Counted from the stretch's first letter, positions 1 through 11,179 are shown. The stretch: 64,000 bases of DNA from Deltaproteobacteria bacterium (GCA_019311115.1 JAFDDB010000003.1:11852-75851); one strand, 5' to 3'. Notes: generated from the letters alone by a model not told the origin. Translations and numbers: made by a program.

Positions 1-2405
<2,405 letters not shown>

Positions 2406-2477
2406 ACGGGCTCCCGGGTGGCGCTGCGCGAAGGCCGCGCGGCGTCGGCGGGGGCAAGGTAGCGGATGCGCCGTAGG

Positions 2478-2597
2478 GGCGCGGGCGCGGAGACGGGACT
2501 CTCGGGCTTTCAGGCTCGCGCCTGTGTCGCTGAAGAGAGAGAGAAGAGGAAGAGGACTGAAAGGGAGTGCCCCTGGTTCCCGTCTCCGCGTTGCGCC
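2478..2597. ncRNA. Candidate structured RNA (long hairpin with purine-rich segment)
   Basis: Perfect 13-bp inverted repeat (2486-2498 / 2578-2590), inner 7-bp pair (2507-2513 / 2557-2563) and an enclosed GA-rich tract, all in non-coding DNA. Confidence 0.4.
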
Positions 2598-2774
2598 TGG
2601 CCCGGGTAGGAGCAGGATCCGTACCCGCCCCGCGAGCCGCGGGTCCGCGGTCGCCGGGACGGCACGCGGACGGGAGGATGCGGCGGCTCCTGCGCACTCG
2701 TGAAGCACCGGCGGGGGGAGCCGGAGTGGTCCGGAGGGAAGCGCGCTTCCCTCTCATGGGAAGCCCGCCTCCGC

Positions 2775-3377
2775 TCAGAGGCCCCGGGACTCGATCTCGG
2801 CGTCCAGATCGTCGGCCAGGTCGCTGCGCACGGGCTGCGGCCCCGGTTCGCCCCGCGGCTCGGAGGCGTCGGAGGGAACCGCCTGCGAGGAGCGGCTCGA
2901 GAGCGAGCGCAGCGCGGCGATCAGCGCCCCAGCCCCGGCCACCAGCAGCAGCACGGGCAGCGTCCAGCCCCAGGCGCTGCGCGGCACGCCCACGATGGCG
3001 TCGCCGAAGCGTTGCCCGAGCTGCTCGAGAATGACGTCCTGCGAGACGCCCGAGTCGAGCTGCACGCGGATCTCGTCGCGCAGCGCGGCGGCGTCGGGGC
3101 TCGGGCAGTCCGTAAGCGTCCGGCCGGGGCAGAACGGGCTCATGATGGTGCGGACGAAGGCGTGTGCCCGGCGCGCGTTCTCGACCCCGCCCTGGCCCTC
3201 GCCCTCGCCGGGCGAGTCCGCGGATGGGGCCGACGCGGTCGGCGCGGCCCGGGCCTCTCCCGGTGCTCCGGCCAGTCCCGTCAGTCCCACCAGTCCCACC
3301 AGTCCCACCAGTCCGATGGGCAGCGCGATGGGCAGCGCGGTGGCGACCACGACCAGCACGGTGCAGGGGAGGCGCAT
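2775..3377 (-). CDS. CcmH/CycL/NrfF-like cytochrome c biogenesis protein
   Basis: Signal peptide, MSPFCPGRTLTDCPS..A..LRDEIR motif, FG..I...P and a C-terminal TM helix (WGWTLPVLLL). Start moved to ATG 3377. Confidence 0.75.
   Translation of the reverse strand: MRLPCTVLVVVATALPIALPIGLVGLVGLVGLTGLAGAPGEARAAPTASAPSADSPGEGEGQGGVENARRAHAFVRTIMSPFCPGRTLTDCPSPDAAALRDEIRVQLDSGVSQDVILEQLGQRFGDAIVGVPRSAWGWTLPVLLLVAGAGALIAALRSLSSRSSQAVPSDASEPRGEPGPQPVRSDLADDLDAEIESRGL
3272..3338. repeat. Coding tandem repeats: 9-bp (cagtcccac-like) x4-5 and 12-bp (gatgggcagcgc) x2
   Basis: Seen directly; encodes ALPI-ALPI-GLV-GLV-GLV-GLT-GLA in the N-terminal hydrophobic segment of the CcmH-like protein. Confidence 0.85.
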
Positions 3378-3427
3378 CCAGTCAGGGTAGCTCGCGCCCG
3401 GGGGGCGCGCCGGAGTACAGTCGCCGC

Positions 3428-4078
3428 TTGAAGACGCATCCCCACCTGCTGCTTCGCGATGCCCTGGCCGCTCTCTTCGTGCGGGCTGCACGCGGCGACG
3501 ACGAGGCTCTCGCGGCCGTCGGCGAGCTCGAGAGCTGGACCGGCAACGGCAGCGTGGGTGCGCAGCTCACGGCGCTCCGCGCCGAGGACGGCGCCGCGCT
3601 CTTCGACGCCGGCCGCCTGGCCGAGCGCTTCGAGCCGCTGGCCGGGTACGTGCGTGACCGCGCGCGGCGCTTCGCCGCTGCGTGTCAGTGGATCCAGGAG
3701 GAGCGTAGCTCCGACGACGCCCTCGAGTGCGCCCGCGCCGCCTGGGACGCCGGCCTCTTCTTCGAGGTGCATGAGCTGGTCGAGCCCGTCTGGCTCGACG
3801 ACCGGACCGACCGGCGACCGGCCCTGCAGGGAATCATCATGGCCGGCGCCGCCCTGCATCACCTGGTCGAGGGCAACCTGGCGGGGGCGGGCTCGCTGCT
3901 CGGCGACGCCGCCCGGCACCTGGAGTCGGCGCCGCGCGACGACCGCTTCGACCTGGAGGCCTTCGCCAAGGGCCTGGCCGAGATCGGCGAGCGCGTGAAG
4001 GCGCGAGAGATCAGCACCATCGAGGACCTGGGCACGCTTCCGAGGATCGAGCGCAGGACGGAACGCCACGGCGAGTGA
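3428..4078 (+). CDS. DUF309-domain protein
   Basis: FFEVHELVEPVW...LQGII..GAALHH...GN..GA pattern of DUF309. TTG start at 3428 inferred. Confidence 0.8.
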   Translation: MKTHPHLLLRDALAALFVRAARGDDEALAAVGELESWTGNGSVGAQLTALRAEDGAALFDAGRLAERFEPLAGYVRDRARRFAAACQWIQEERSSDDALECARAAWDAGLFFEVHELVEPVWLDDRTDRRPALQGIIMAGAALHHLVEGNLAGAGSLLGDAARHLESAPRDDRFDLEAFAKGLAEIGERVKAREISTIEDLGTLPRIERRTERHGE

Positions 4079-4558
4079 CTAGCCCTGCCAGCTGTCTCCG
4101 CTGAGCACGAACTCGACGAAGAACTCGCCGAAGTGGTCTTCGAAGGGAACCGCCACTCCGAACGTGGCGCGCACCTTGATGTCGGTCTTGGGCGTGGTCA
4201 CGACCGTGGGCAGTCCGATCTCGACCGGCTGCTCGCAGGCCATCGCCGTCTTGACCTTCCCCGCGATCATGTTGACCAGCTCGCCGACGGCGTCGCGGAT
4301 CTCGTCGAGCGACTCCACGTCGTGTCCGTCGGCACCCAGCAGGCGCGCGGTCAGGTCGCGCGCGTGCTCGCGTGTACACTGAAGCGAGAGGTAGCCGTTG
4401 ACCGCGCCGCTGAGCCCGATCAGGCTCACGACCTCAGCCGGCAGGAACGGCTCGGGATCATCGACGGGATCACCCGGCCGAAGCTCGCTGCCGAGCATGG
4501 TGCCGAACACCGCCGTGACTGCGTTCCGGACCAGCTCCGCCGCCTGTGTCGCTTCCAC
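4079..4558 (-). CDS. cheX: CheX-family chemotaxis phosphatase
   Basis: IGLSG...G, DAVGELVNMIAG (ExxN motif), IGLPTVV; GTG 4558 with GGAGGAG RBS upstream. Confidence 0.85.
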   Translation of the reverse strand: MEATQAAELVRNAVTAVFGTMLGSELRPGDPVDDPEPFLPAEVVSLIGLSGAVNGYLSLQCTREHARDLTARLLGADGHDVESLDEIRDAVGELVNMIAGKVKTAMACEQPVEIGLPTVVTTPKTDIKVRATFGVAVPFEDHFGEFFVEFVLSGDSWQG

Positions 4559-4721
4559 CCGCGTCTCCTCCGACTCCACGCCCCGTCCCTGCTCCCTTCG
4601 TCCGGGGCCGAAACGAGCTGAAACCCTGCGCGGCGCACCTGCCGCCTGGTGTCGCCGCACGTCGCGGTCGTCGCCGGGGCCCGGTGATCGGCCGCGCCGT
4701 CTGGGGTAATCTGACTGCGTC

Positions 4722-6665
4722 ATGCCCGACCGCCCCTGGATCATCCGGACCTACGCGGGCCACTCCACGGCCGAAGCGTCGAACCGGCTCTACCGCGAGA
4801 ACCTCGCGAAGGGCCAGACGGGCCTCTCGATCGCCTTCGACCTGCCCACGCAAACCGGCTACGACGCGGACGATCCGCTCGCCCTCGGCGAGGTCGGCAA
4901 GGTGGGCGTTCCCATCGGCTCGATCACCGACATGGACGCGCTGCTCGAGGCCATCCCGCTCGACCAGATGAACACGTCGATGACGATCAACGCCACGGCG
5001 TGTTGGATGCTGGCGCTCTACATCGCGGTCGCCGAGCGCCGCGGCGTGTCGCGCGCGAGCCTGAAGGGCACGACGCAGAACGACATCATCAAGGAGTACC
5101 TGTCTCGCGGCACCTACATCTTTCCGCCTGCGGGATCGCTCAAGCTCGTGACCGACATGATCGAGTTCACGGTCGACGAGGTGCCGAACTGGAACCCGGT
5201 GAACATCTCGTCATACCACCTGCAGGAGGTGGGAGCGACGCCGGTGCAGGAGATCGCCTTCGCGCTGGCGAACGCGATCGCGATCCTCGACGGCGTGAAC
5301 GTTCCGGAAGAGCGGTTCCCTGCCGTGTTCGGGCGCATCTCCTTCTTCTGCAACGCGGGCATCCGCTTCGTCGAAGAACTCTGCAAGCTGCGCGCGTTCA
5401 CGGGTCTGTGGGACCGCCTCGGGCGTGAGCGCTACGGCGTCGACGATCCCAAGATGCGCCGCTTCCGCTACGGCGTGCAGGTGAACTCGCTGGGCCTGAC
5501 CGAGGCGCAGCCCGAGAACAACATCGCGCGCATCATCATCGAAGCCCTCGGCGTGACGCTCTCCAAGGACGCCCGCTGCCGCTCGCTGCAGCTTCCCGCC
5601 TGGAACGAGGCGATGGGCCTGCCGCGGCCGTGGGACCAGCAACTGTCGCTCCGCATGCAGCAGATCCTGGCCTACGAGACCGACCTGCTGGAGTACGCCG
5701 ACATCTTCGACGGATCGCCCGTCATCGAACGCAAGGTCGCCGAGATCTCCGACGCGGCCTGGCAGGAAGTCGAGCGCATCCTCGAACAGGGCGGCGCCGT
5801 GGAGGCGGTCGAGTCGGGCTACATGAAGCGGCGGCTCGTCGAGTCGAACGCGCGCCGCATCGCGGCCATCGAGTCCGGCGAGCAGATCGTGGTCGGCGTG
5901 AACCGCTTCCAGGAGACCGAGGAGTCGCCTCTCACCGAGGGCGGCGGCTCGCGCGTGCTGACCGTCGACGACTCCGCCGAGCGCACCCAACTCGAACGCC
6001 TGCGCGCGCACCGCGCGTCGCGCAACGCTGCAGAGGTCGACGCGGCGCTGCACGGACTGCGCGACGCCCTCTCGAACGGAGCGAACGCCATGCCGCCCTC
6101 GATCCGCTGCGCCGAGGCGGGCGTCACGACGGGCGAGTGGGCCGCGACCGCGCGCGAGGTGCTCGGCGAGTACCGCGCGCCGACGGGAATCGAAGCCCCG
6201 CTGCGGCTGGCGGGACATGACTCCGACTTCGAGTCCGTGCGGCGGCGCATCGCCGAGGTGTCCGACCGACTCGGGCGCAGGCTGAAGCTGCTCGTCGGAA
6301 AGCCCGGCCTCGACGGACACTCGAGCGGAGCGGAACAGATCGCGATCTTCGCGCGCGACGCAGGCTTCGAGGTGGTCTACGAGGGGATCCGCCTGACGCC
6401 TGACGAGATCGTGTTGTCGGCGCAGCAGGAAGGCGTGCACCTGATCGGGCTCTCCATCCTGTCGGGCTCGCACCTGACCCTGGTGCCGCAGATCCTCGAA
6501 CGCGTGAACGTGCCCGTCGTGGTGGGCGGCATCATTCCCGAAGAGGACGCCGCCGACCTGCGCGCCAAGGGCGTGGCGGCCGTCTACACGCCCAGGGACT
6601 ACGACGTGCAGCGCATCGTGCGCGAGATGGTCGAGGTGGCGGCGCGGGCCCACGGCGTTGGCTGA
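4722..6665 (+). CDS. ecm: B12-dependent ethylmalonyl-CoA mutase (MeaA/Ecm)
   Basis: PWIIRTYAGHS (His characteristic of Ecm), GQTGLSIAFDLPTQ, RYGVQVNSLGLTE, C-terminal GLDGHSSGA (DxHxxG) B12-binding domain. Confidence 0.9.
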   Translation: MPDRPWIIRTYAGHSTAEASNRLYRENLAKGQTGLSIAFDLPTQTGYDADDPLALGEVGKVGVPIGSITDMDALLEAIPLDQMNTSMTINATACWMLALYIAVAERRGVSRASLKGTTQNDIIKEYLSRGTYIFPPAGSLKLVTDMIEFTVDEVPNWNPVNISSYHLQEVGATPVQEIAFALANAIAILDGVNVPEERFPAVFGRISFFCNAGIRFVEELCKLRAFTGLWDRLGRERYGVDDPKMRRFRYGVQVNSLGLTEAQPENNIARIIIEALGVTLSKDARCRSLQLPAWNEAMGLPRPWDQQLSLRMQQILAYETDLLEYADIFDGSPVIERKVAEISDAAWQEVERILEQGGAVEAVESGYMKRRLVESNARRIAAIESGEQIVVGVNRFQETEESPLTEGGGSRVLTVDDSAERTQLERLRAHRASRNAAEVDAALHGLRDALSNGANAMPPSIRCAEAGVTTGEWAATAREVLGEYRAPTGIEAPLRLAGHDSDFESVRRRIAEVSDRLGRRLKLLVGKPGLDGHSSGAEQIAIFARDAGFEVVYEGIRLTPDEIVLSAQQEGVHLIGLSILSGSHLTLVPQILERVNVPVVVGGIIPEEDAADLRAKGVAAVYTPRDYDVQRIVREMVEVAARAHGVG

Positions 6666-7629
6666 GCCGCCGGTCGAGCGGCTCGTCTCGGGTGTGCTCG
6701 AAGCCGACGGCGAGGCCATTGCCGAGGCCCTGGCCACCGTCGAGGACACGCGCGGCGACACGTTGCCCCGGCAGCGCGAGCTGCTCGGGCGCCTCGAGGC
6801 CGAGACCCCGCGCGAGCACAGCATCGTCGGACTGACCGGTCCGCCCGGTGCGGGAAAGTCGACGCTCGCGGGCGCGCTGATCCGGCTCTGGCTCGAACGA
6901 GGCGCGGGGGTCGGCATGGTGGCCGTGGACCCGAGCAGCCGCCACTCCGGCGGTGCGCTGCTCGGCGACCGGGCGCGACTGCGCTTCGCCGCCGAGGACC
7001 GCGTCTTCGTGCGCTCGATGGCGGCGCGCGACCAGCTCGGAGGCCTGGCGCCCGCCACGCGCGGCGCCGCCGCCGTCCTGCGTGCGGCATACCCGTGGAC
7101 GATCGTCGAGACGGTGGGTGTCGGGCAGTCCGAGGTCGACGTGGCCACGCTGGCCGACAGCGTGGTGCTCGTGCTGCAGCCGGGCTCGGGCGACACCTTG
7201 CAGTTCATGAAGGCGGGGATCCTCGAGATCCCCGACGTGCTCGTGGTGCACAAGTGGGACCTGGGCGCGGTCGCCGAGCGGACGCGCGCGGACCTGGAGT
7301 CGATGCTGGCGCTCCAGTCCGTGTCGGGGAAGCTCGACTGGTCACCACCGGTCGTCGGCGCCAGCGCCGAGACGGGACACGCCGTGGCTCAGGTCGCGGA
7401 CGCCGTCGAGGCCCACCGCCAGCACCTGGAGATCGGCGACGCGCTCGGCGAACGCCGGGCTCGTGGACGCGTGGCCTGGGCGATGGAGCGCTTCGAGCAG
7501 CGCTACGGAGCGCTCGGGCTCGAGCGCGTAGGCGGGCGCGAGGCGGCGGAGCGGAGCGTGCGCGAGGCGGCGGGCACGGCCCTGGACGCGTTCAGCTCTC
7601 TCGCCACTCGCGCAGGACTCGAGTCCTGA
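6658..7629 (+). CDS. meaB: MeaB/ArgK GTPase chaperone for B12-dependent mutase
   Basis: GPPGAGKST, VDPSS..SGGALLGDR, ETVGVGQSE, QFMKAGILEI; overlaps the ecm stop. Confidence 0.93.
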   Translation: MAEPPVERLVSGVLEADGEAIAEALATVEDTRGDTLPRQRELLGRLEAETPREHSIVGLTGPPGAGKSTLAGALIRLWLERGAGVGMVAVDPSSRHSGGALLGDRARLRFAAEDRVFVRSMAARDQLGGLAPATRGAAAVLRAAYPWTIVETVGVGQSEVDVATLADSVVLVLQPGSGDTLQFMKAGILEIPDVLVVHKWDLGAVAERTRADLESMLALQSVSGKLDWSPPVVGASAETGHAVAQVADAVEAHRQHLEIGDALGERRARGRVAWAMERFEQRYGALGLERVGGREAAERSVREAAGTALDAFSSLATRAGLES

Positions 7630-8194
7630 CCTCGTCGAGGTCGAGCAGTCCCAGGATCGCGTCGTAGTCGGTCAGCGCGCGCCCCGGTACTCCGAGCTCC
7701 GCCAGGCGCTCGCTCGCGACGCGAAAGCCGTAGCTGACGATCGCCTGCACCCCGAGCACCTTGCCGCCCTCTTCGCGCAGCGCCGTCACCGAGTCTGCCG
7801 CACTCCCGCCCGTCGACAACAGGTCCTCGATCACGACCACGGACTCCCCCGAGAGCGGCGCGCCCTCGACACGCTTCTGCTTGCCGTGCTCCTTGGCCGT
7901 GCCGCGCACGTACACCATCGGCAGTCCCATGCGCTCCGCGACCCAGGCCGCGTGCGGGATGCCGGCCGTGGCCGTCCCGGCGATCACCTCGACGTCCGGG
8001 TGATGCGCGCGCACCTCGTCCACGAGCGCGTCCGCGATCGCCGAGCGCTCGGCCGGATAGCCCATCAGCACGCGGTTGTCGCAGTAGATCGGGGAGCGCC
8101 GGCCCGAAGTCCAGGTGAACCAGTCCTCCGGATCGGGGCGCACCTCGACCGCTCCGATGCCGATCAGCAGGCGCGCGATCTCGGCGGGCGTCAC
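7592..8194 (-). CDS. pyrE: Orotate phosphoribosyltransferase
   Basis: FTWTSGRRSPIYCDNR, AGTATAGIP, PRPP motif VVIEDLLSTGGS; GTG start overlaps the upstream stop. Confidence 0.93.
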   Translation of the reverse strand: MTPAEIARLLIGIGAVEVRPDPEDWFTWTSGRRSPIYCDNRVLMGYPAERSAIADALVDEVRAHHPDVEVIAGTATAGIPHAAWVAERMGLPMVYVRGTAKEHGKQKRVEGAPLSGESVVVIEDLLSTGGSAADSVTALREEGGKVLGVQAIVSYGFRVASERLAELGVPGRALTDYDAILGLLDLDEVRTRVLREWRES

Positions 8195-8754
8195 CGGTCG
8201 CCTCCGGACCACTCCGGCTCGTCGACCCCGGCCCGCGCGTTGACGGCGCGCGCCAGCGTGAAGAGCAGGTCGGAGAGCCGGTTCAGGTAGCGCACGGGCA
8301 GCTCCGCGACGCTCTCGACTCGTGCCAGCGAGACGACCTCGCGCTCGGCGCGGCGGCAGACGGTGCGCGCCAGGTGTAGCGTCGCGGCCGCGCGTGCCCC
8401 GCCCGGCAGGATGAAGCTCTGCAGGGGCTCGGTCTCTTCGTCGAGCCGGTCGATCCATCGCTCCAGCGACTCGACGTCGGCGTCGCCCACGCGCGGGATG
8501 CCCTTTCCCCGCGCCTCGCGTTCGTCGACGTCGGGCGTGGCCAGTTCGCCGCCCAGGTCGAACAGCGAAGACTGCACGCGGCGCAACCCCTCGAGCAGGT
8601 CGGCGTCCGCGAGGTCGGCGCAGACCACGCCGAGCACGGCGTTCAGCTCGTCGACCGCGCCGTAGGCCGCAACGCGCGTAGCGTCCTTGGCGACGCGATC
8701 TCCCCCGAACAGGGAGGTCTCGCCGCCGTCACCGCGCCGCGTGTAGACCTTCAT
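8191..8754 (-). CDS. PduO-type ATP:cob(I)alamin adenosyltransferase
   Basis: MKVYTRRGDGGET, AYGAVDELN, FILPGG, ARTVCRRAER, YLNRLSDLLF. Confidence 0.95.
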   Translation of the reverse strand: MKVYTRRGDGGETSLFGGDRVAKDATRVAAYGAVDELNAVLGVVCADLADADLLEGLRRVQSSLFDLGGELATPDVDEREARGKGIPRVGDADVESLERWIDRLDEETEPLQSFILPGGARAAATLHLARTVCRRAEREVVSLARVESVAELPVRYLNRLSDLLFTLARAVNARAGVDEPEWSGGDR

Positions 8755-8856
8755 GGGGCGCAGTATAAGTCGGGGACCCGGCCCGCGCCGCCGCGCTACC
8801 GCGCTCGCGAGAGGGGGGGTTGAGGAATCGCCGGGGATTTCCGATATCGACTGGCC

Positions 8857-9087
8857 ATGGACGCATCCCAGGCCACGCCCTCCGGAAGCTGTGCGCGCTG
8901 CCCTTGCGCGCTGTCGAGCGTCTCGTGCCAGAGCGACGGCGCCTGGTACTGCTGCGGAAGCTGCGCCGGCAGCGATCGCTGCCGCTGCGGCTGCCGGCCC
9001 GAGTACGCTCGCGAGCTCGACTCGGACGTCTACGTCCCGGCCCGCCGCATGTTCGGGTCGCGCGCGCCCACCGAACTGCAACGCTAA
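8857..9087 (+). CDS. Small Cys-rich protein, bacterial metallothionein (SmtA/BmtA)-like
   Basis: 76 aa with 10 Cys in the pattern CxxCxC...DGAWYCCxxCA...CxCGC; fills the gap between pduO and the repeats. Confidence 0.65.
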   Translation: MDASQATPSGSCARCPCALSSVSCQSDGAWYCCGSCAGSDRCRCGCRPEYARELDSDVYVPARRMFGSRAPTELQR

Positions 9088-9091
9088 GCGC

Positions 9092-9189
9092 TCCTTGCGG
9101 GTTATCGGGCGGCCTTTTGGCCGGGTTATCGGGCGGCGAAGCCGCCCTGCCGGTCCTTGCGGGTTATCGGGCGGCGAAGCCGCCCTGCC
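9092..9189. repeat. REP-like intergenic repeat cluster (3 copies)
   Basis: Core cgggttatcgggcggc occurs three times (about 9098, 9122, 9160); copies 2 and 3 contain the hairpin gggcggc-gaa-gccgccc. Confidence 0.8.
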
Positions 9190-9306
9190 CGGACGGCGCG
9201 CCCTTCGGGCTCGCCTTGGGCGACGGGAACGGCGGTTCTGCTCGTTTGACCCGGGTGCTGGGATGGGCTGGTAGACTGGGGGTCTGTCTCTCTTCTTGGA
9301 GGTGTC

Positions 9307-10176
9307 ATGGCGGGGCGGCTTTCTGGGCGCGTGGCGGTGATTACGGGCGGGGCGAGCGGGATGGGACGCGCGACGACGTTGCGGTTCCTCGACGAAGGAG
9401 CCTCGGTCGTCGTGGCGGACATGAACGAGGAGTCCGGCAAGCAGACGCTGGAGCTCGCGGCCAAGGCCGGTCACGGCGAGAAGGTCCGCTTCATCCGCAC
9501 CGACGTGGCCGACGAGCCCTCGGTCGAGGCGATGATCGACTGCGCCGTGTCGGAGTTTTCGCGCCTGGACTGCGTGTTCAACAACGCCGGCGTCGGCGGC
9601 GCCTTTGGACCGGTCACCGAGATCGAGGTGGAGGACTGGGACTACACCTTCTCGGTGCTGGTACGCGGCGTCTTCCTCGGCATCAAGCACGGCGCGCGCG
9701 CCATGGAGCCCGGCGGATCGATCATCAACACCGCTTCGGTCGCCGGACTCTCGGGCGGCGGCGGCCCGCTCTGCTACTCGGCGGCCAAGGCTGCGGTCGT
9801 CAACCTGGGCCTGGCCGCAGCGGTCGAACTGGCGCCGAAGCAGATCCGCGTCAACACGATCTGCCCGGGCGGCATCGTCACGCCGCTGGTCATGCGCGGC
9901 CAGGACGAAGAGCAGGTCGCGGAGCGCATGAAGAGCCTGCAGCCCTGGCCCGAGGCCGGCCGCGGCGAACACATCGCGGGCGCAGCCCTGTTCCTCGCGT
10001 CGGACGACGCGCGCTTCGTCACGGGCGAGACACTCGTCGTCGACGGTGGACTCACCGCGGCGGGGCCGAACCTGTTCAACCGCATGGGCGGCGACGGACC
10101 GCGCACCCCCTTCGCGGGCATGGTCGGCGTGAGCCGCGGCAACACGGGACAGCCTCCGGTCATCCGCGAGCGCTGA
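9307..10176 (+). CDS. Short-chain dehydrogenase/reductase (classical SDR)
   Basis: TGGASGMG, NNAG, YSAAK, VDGG; GGAGG RBS. Confidence 0.93.
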   Translation: MAGRLSGRVAVITGGASGMGRATTLRFLDEGASVVVADMNEESGKQTLELAAKAGHGEKVRFIRTDVADEPSVEAMIDCAVSEFSRLDCVFNNAGVGGAFGPVTEIEVEDWDYTFSVLVRGVFLGIKHGARAMEPGGSIINTASVAGLSGGGGPLCYSAAKAAVVNLGLAAAVELAPKQIRVNTICPGGIVTPLVMRGQDEEQVAERMKSLQPWPEAGRGEHIAGAALFLASDDARFVTGETLVVDGGLTAAGPNLFNRMGGDGPRTPFAGMVGVSRGNTGQPPVIRER

Positions 10177-10189
10177 GGGAGAACCGCAA

Positions 10190-11167
10190 ATGGCGAAGAT
10201 CCTCGGGAACCTGAAGCCCGAAGACGACTACACCCACCCACTGGGACCGGAGTCGAACTTCAACGAGAGCATGTACTTCAACTTCTTCGACCCGGCGCAG
10301 GGCGTCGGCGGGTTCCTGCGGCTCGGCAACCGTGCCAACGAGGGTCACGCCGAGATGACGGTCACGATCTACCTGCCGGGCGGGCGCGTGCTGTTCATGT
10401 TCAAGCGCGCCCAGATCGAACACAACGACGCCTTCGACGCCGGGGGCTGCACCTTCGAGGTCGTCGAGCCGTCGCAGAAGCTCCGCACCGTGTACGAGGG
10501 CTCGGTCGTCGACCTGGCGAACCCCGAGGACATGGTCGACCCGAAGAAGGCCTTCACCGAGAATCCGCGGCGGCGCGTCAAGCTCGACCTGCTCCACGAC
10601 GCGGTCGGCCCCATGTACGGCGGCGCAAAGGACTCGAGCGAGTCCGACCTGCCGGCCGAGCAGCAGTTCGCCTCGGCGCACTACGAGCAGCACATGGCGG
10701 TCAGCGGCGAGTTGGATCTGGGCGACGGCGAGCGGCTGGAGATCCACGGCTTCGGCCTGCGCGACCACTCCTGGGGTCCCCGCTACTGGCAGGCGCTGCA
10801 GAGCTACGAGTGGCTCACACTCAACTTCGGCCCGGACTTCGGCGCCATGGTCTCGATCGTGCGGCGCGACGCCGACAACCACCGCAAGGGCGGCGTGATC
10901 ATCCGCGGCGACCAGCTGGACCCGATCGAAGAGGCGGAGATCACCGCTGAGTACGCGGAGAACGGGCTCTACCACCGCAAGGTGCGGGCCGACGTCAAGA
11001 CGCGCTCGGGCGAGGAGCTGGTCTTCGAAGGCGACGTGCGCGGCTTCATTCCGCTCCGGAACCGGCGCGAGGGCCTGGTGACGCACATCGGCGAGGGCAT
11101 GACCGAGTGGCGCTGTGGCGACCGGGTCGGCTACGGGCTGTCGGAGTTCCTGAGCCAGGTGCCCTAG
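10190..11167 (+). CDS. Conserved hypothetical beta-barrel protein (RDHSWG motif; tocopherol-cyclase/AttH-like)
   Basis: NESMYFNFFD, HYEQH, GLRDHSWGPR; strong coding codon bias; follows the SDR. Confidence 0.7.
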   Translation: MAKILGNLKPEDDYTHPLGPESNFNESMYFNFFDPAQGVGGFLRLGNRANEGHAEMTVTIYLPGGRVLFMFKRAQIEHNDAFDAGGCTFEVVEPSQKLRTVYEGSVVDLANPEDMVDPKKAFTENPRRRVKLDLLHDAVGPMYGGAKDSSESDLPAEQQFASAHYEQHMAVSGELDLGDGERLEIHGFGLRDHSWGPRYWQALQSYEWLTLNFGPDFGAMVSIVRRDADNHRKGGVIIRGDQLDPIEEAEITAEYAENGLYHRKVRADVKTRSGEELVFEGDVRGFIPLRNRREGLVTHIGEGMTEWRCGDRVGYGLSEFLSQVP

Positions 11168-11179
11168 CATAGGGTCGCC

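Noticed and set aside
4560-4720. Cobalamin riboswitch upstream of ecm or pduO
   Set aside because: No B12-box or other conserved riboswitch elements seen, and both genes appear to have little or no leader.
7592-7629. Convergent 3' overlaps (meaB/pyrE, 38 bp; also MFS/esterase at 58345-58385)
   Set aside because: Common in compact high-GC genomes; no evidence of a function.
9092-9189. Possible mini-CRISPR array
   Set aside because: Sequences between units are too short and not unique spacers; no cas genes. Better explained as REP-like repeats.
8191-9972. 593-aa ORF ending in PduO
   Set aside because: The extension is antisense to the SDR and the small Cys-rich gene; PduO begins at MKVYTR (8754).
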